A stretch of DNA of 64,000 bases from Eremomyces bilateralis CBS 781.70 (lineage: Eukaryota): assembly GCA_010015585.1 (NCBI GenBank), contig ML975157.1. One strand, 5' to 3'. The translations under genes and the position numbers were made by a program. Each line of letters opens with the position of its first letter. Position 1 is the first letter of the stretch. The notes beneath the pieces are model-generated. The model worked only from the letters and a program-made list of their open reading frames with translations, had not been told where the DNA came from and ran no database searches. This document shows, one piece after another, positions 60,044 through 64,000 of the stretch.

Positions 60044-62979
60044 TCAAGGTGCTGAGCGACTATCCACACTTCCATCATCAGCAAGCATTAGATCCGCGTC
60101 TGCCTCTCCATGGCCAGCATTGTCCGCCTGCGTCCCACCATTCGTATCTCGACGGACCTCTGATCCATCCAATATGTACCAGACGTCCTTCTTGGTCATC
60201 AAGCCGCGAAGCATTCCTTTCTCCACGAAGAGAACATATCGCAGCCCCAGACGCTGGAACATACTGACCGCGAGCTGCAAGCTTGCCCGCGCATTGAGCG
60301 TGATGGGGGTCTGGTCCATCCAAGGCCTCAGATCCAAGCTCGCCAGAGGGTCGGCAAGTGACTGATGAGTGAGGTATGCTTCGGTTTCTGGAGGCAAATT
60401 TCTAGGCTCCGCCAGTGCAGTGTTCAAAGCAAACTCCAGCTCCGTTCTCGATATGTATCCCAGAAGCGTCGTGTTCCGCTCATTGTCAATGACCGGAAAC
60501 CCACGCAGGTCGTGCTGCGTAAGGAGGGTTTGCAAGCTCTGAATCGTATGGCCGGTGGATGTGATCACCACTAAGTCCACCAATCGAGTCATGACCTCGT
60601 TTGCGAGGACATCTGGTACCGCAGCACTGTTATCGTCCCTATTATCGAGGAAGGGATATCCGTTGAAGTGGATCCATGATTCGTAAATCCCTCGCGGACT
60701 AATCGCGTCACCGACCCATTTGCTGACCATGACGGCGACCATGATGGGCAGAACATAAGTCAGTGCTCCCGTCAATTCGAACATGATCACCACTATGGAG
60801 ACGGTCATCCGGGTAGCGCCCCCAAGTGCCGACGCTGCACCGATGATTGCGTACGTCCCCGGAGTGACACAAGGGATGTCGGGCTCACAGGATCCAAAGG
60901 GGAGGAAGTTAGGATAGGCCTTCTGCCAAACCTCCATTATGAGGCCAACTGCACGCCCGTAAAGTGCACCCAGCGCCATCGATGGCAGAATAATCCCCGC
61001 AGGGATCAGAAGGCCGAACGTCATGGCCGAGAGGAAAAACCCGCAGATTGCGGCGATGAGAAGCAGCGCGACCACGCTGGTATTGGCTTTGCCAGATTTG
61101 CATAACCCTAAAGGATCGGTTGTGATATCGGCGCATTCCGCAAAGAGGATGTAGACCAGTTCAGACGCCTGCGCACGCATGAACTTAATCGGGAAGTTGA
61201 TCAGGGCGGTGATCAAGGCGACGGCGATGACCTCAAGAACCGGACTCTTGGAGATTATGGAGGATCGACGCCACTCGGCAATGCGCATGTTGAGCTTGAT
61301 GAGGAGGCCGCCATATAGTCCGCCGAGTATTCCGAGGATCATGAAAGGAACCAGTTCGAAGCCATGCCAGCCTGTGTGATATGTGACTTGATACAGGACG
61401 AGCTTCCCGGTCCTGAATGGGTTGAAGAACTGTAGGGTGACTGCTCCAACCATGGCACAGACAAAGCTCTGCCACATGGTCTTATCCGGGAAGTAATACG
61501 AAAGTTGCTATGGATGTCAATACTTCCGCCGAAGTGAACGACTAGTAAACTGACTGACCTCGAGACTAAACAACACCCCACCGATAGGCGATCCAAACGC
61601 TACAGATATACCAGCCGCAGCCGCAGCAGAGAGTACCTCCCTTTTCCGAGCTGTTATTGGTTAGCTAGGCAGCATTTTCAGCGACAGACACAACTAACCT
61701 TCATTATCATTCAAAGAGCCGCACAGCTTCAAGAAAAGATTGGCGCAACAACAAGCAACGTGCACCAAAGGGCCTTCTTTCCCGAGCCAAAGTCCTGATG
61801 CCACTGCAAAGCACTTTTATTGTTCAGCAGCCAACAACAACACGCTTGGACAGGAACATACCAGGCCAAGTGATTTGATTACCAGGGTCCACGGTCCCAT
61901 GAACCGTCGAATAACAAACCCTCCCAAGACCGTCTTAATCTCCGGGATCCCGCTATGCTTCGCATAAAACGCATACCGCTGTACAAGGAAACTCGCGCAA
62001 GCTGCAAAAAGTACCTGAAGAGTGTTAGGCTGAGTGTGCACCACACTTCTCACCAGAGGGTCCTCACCGAGAACAATACAAATACAAAGTAGTTTAGAAT
62101 CCAGCTTCCGGTAGCGGATTTGACGCCAAACCCGTCACTCCAGGTTCGCCAGTCGCGACATTGATTGTAGTCTGCTACCTTTAGTACATGCGAAGCGGCA
62201 TAAAGAAAGGACATACCTTCGTAGCCCCAACAACAAAACACCTCATTCAGGTAGAATTTCCCCCCTGCGTCCACATTACTGCAAAACCCGCCTTTCACAT
62301 CCGCCAACCAATTGCTCGTAATATCAATGAAGGCCGCAATGGCTCCGCACGCGATGCCCGTCGCCACGAGCACCAACCAAATTTGACTAGCGTCCCCCAT
62401 CAAATAAAGGTAGCCGAGCAAGCCATTCGCCGAGGATTTCAAGACTCGCAATCGTTGTCGCTCCTTCGAGTACTCGAAGATCCAGTCGATGGCCGTGAGA
62501 TCATCGTAGCCCACGCGTCTACCGGGGCCTTCAACATACCAGTCTAGGGCGTTTGCATCCTTGGTATCCTGAAGCTGAGCGCCCGCATCGCTCGGGCGAT
62601 CGAGATAGCTGAGCATGGCATCGGTGGAATCTCGTCGTTGCGGTTGGGGTTGGGAAGCTTCGAGTCGTCCACGGGCTGGGGCACGCTGCGCTGGAGATTC
62701 TATGCGGCCGCCTGATAATGGAGAGGAAAGAAATCGTGGTAGAGAAAAGCCAGGCGCAGCTTTCTTCTTTCTTTTAAATGTGGTGCTGCAAGCTGTCAGT
62801 CATAAGTCTTATATGGATGTCGCAAGGCGCATAACTCACGGCTCAGGAATAGACGAGTCCAGAGGGTCCTGGGCTAAGAGAGGATCATCATTGTCACTCT
62901 CGTCATCTTCCACTCGCGCTTGGAGCTGCGATGTTGAGGACTCGGCCTGCTGGTCGTATGGGGACGGCGAGTCCGACAT
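60044..62979 (-). CDS. CLC-family chloride channel/antiporter (Gef1-like) with CBS domains
   Basis: [33 protein letters not shown] and two C-terminal CBS domains. About six introns. Confidence 0.93.
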
Positions 62980-63433
62980 GCCTGCTCAATGGGAAAGACA
63001 CCCGATCGCTCATACTCGGTATCTACACGGGGGGTTGCGAGTAGTAGAAACAAAACTTAGATTAACCCTGGAACATTCAAATTCAAGGCCGATCATGTAT
63101 CATCCATGTTTAGATTCGGCGTACATCAGACGCAGCCCTCCCACTCCAGTGACTTCCTCCGTTGGGTGGTGATGTCCGTCAGGGTCTGAGCACGTGACCT
63201 CGTGACGGAGTCACGGAGAGTTGAACTGATGCCTGAGGTTCTGAGTTTTTGCCTCACCTCCATCGATGCCATTCAGTTGATTGAAACTAAAACCAACCAC
63301 TCTCCAACATCCAAGGCATCGACAAGAACGGTGCAGACCAGCAGCTACCTTGTGTTCTGAACTCATCCTTTCCTCACCTATAAATCCATTGAACGGGACA
63401 CCGCATCTTCGCTGTGTTGTGGATCGATCGAAA

Positions 63434-64000
63434 ATGGAGGGAATAGATTTGGAGCAGGTCAACGCCCTCCGAGCGAAACTTGGTATCCAACCAATACCTA
63501 CCCCGGGGTCGAACGGTCTCCAGTTCAAAGACAAGGGCGAAGACGGCTCGGACCAGGAGGAAGCAAGCACGCACGAAACACGCCAGGCCGCAGCTGGCGA
63601 CAACTGGCTGCAGCTGCAAGCCGAGCAGGAGGCGAAGGACAGGCGACTGGCGCAGAAACTGCAGATCAAGAAGCAAAGGGATGCGGCACAACGGATCGCA
63701 AAGCTGAAAGGCCGGGGTTTGGGAGACCTGGACGAGGACGAGGATTTGGAGGACGCGACTTCATGGCTATTGAAGTCCAAGAAGCGACAGAAGAAGCTCG
63801 AGAAGGAGAGGCAGAAGCGACTTGAAGCCGAGCTGGCGGAGAGAGAGAAGCAGGCCGAATACACCACATCAGACCTGTCGGGCTTGAAAGTTGCGCACGA
63901 AATTGATCAATTCGGGGAAGAAGGTGATCAGATCCTGACTCTCAAGGACACGACTGTTGGAGATGACGAGGACGAGGATGATGAGCTTGAGGATCTCGAT
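63434..64000 (+). CDS. SNU66: U4/U6.U5 tri-snRNP protein SART-1/Snu66, 5' part (runs off the window)
   Basis: HIND motif IDLEQVNALRAKLGIQPI and EYTTSDLSGLKVAHEIDQF...ILTLKD. Open frame to the window end, so it is absent from the ORF track. Confidence 0.9.
   Translation, partial: MEGIDLEQVNALRAKLGIQPIPTPGSNGLQFKDKGEDGSDQEEASTHETRQAAAGDNWLQLQAEQEAKDRRLAQKLQIKKQRDAAQRIAKLKGRGLGDLDEDEDLEDATSWLLKSKKRQKKLEKERQKRLEAELAEREKQAEYTTSDLSGLKVAHEIDQFGEEGDQILTLKDTTVGDDEDEDDELEDLD

Noticed and set aside
61103..61111. TAACCCTAA telomerase-template-like 9-mer
   Set aside because: Lies inside the CLC coding exon; a chance match.
63211..63867. 218-aa minus-strand ORF, and the many other antisense/overlapping ORFs in the track
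   Set aside because: Shadow ORFs of GC-rich real genes (here SART-1 on the plus strand).

Overview
Gene-dense, intron-containing chromosomal DNA of a filamentous ascomycete (Pezizomycotina; inferred from GT..CTRAY..YAG introns of about 50-60 nt and from gene content). It carries about 23 mostly housekeeping genes: PUS1, PRO3, CTK3, mitochondrial L12, midasin/MDN1, SIN1/AVO1, a PRCC-like gene, GET2-like, mL61/MRP49-like, DIC1, MSF1, a Uds1-domain gene, PRPP synthetase, DUF4050, NRK1, FUM1, SMC5, an orphan secreted protein, a RING/RS-rich protein, a CLC channel and the 5' part of SART-1/SNU66. The left end is a small transposon cluster in the PUS1 upstream region: the 3' end of a Mutator-like (MULE) element, a perfect hairpin, and a 355-bp non-autonomous hAT-type element with 17-bp TIRs and an 8-bp TSD. 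The most notable unexplained signals are a hairpin-dense ~0.8-kb non-coding segment between FUM1 and SMC5 (candidate structured ncRNA), a long structured G-quadruplex-containing first intron in PRPP synthetase, 3-nt and 5-nt microexons in two adjacent genes, a possible poison exon in MSF1, a PTS1-like C-terminus on fumarase, and recurrent C-rich to G-rich skew flips inside genes. All calls were made by eye, without database searches or folding software. Exon boundaries are manual.
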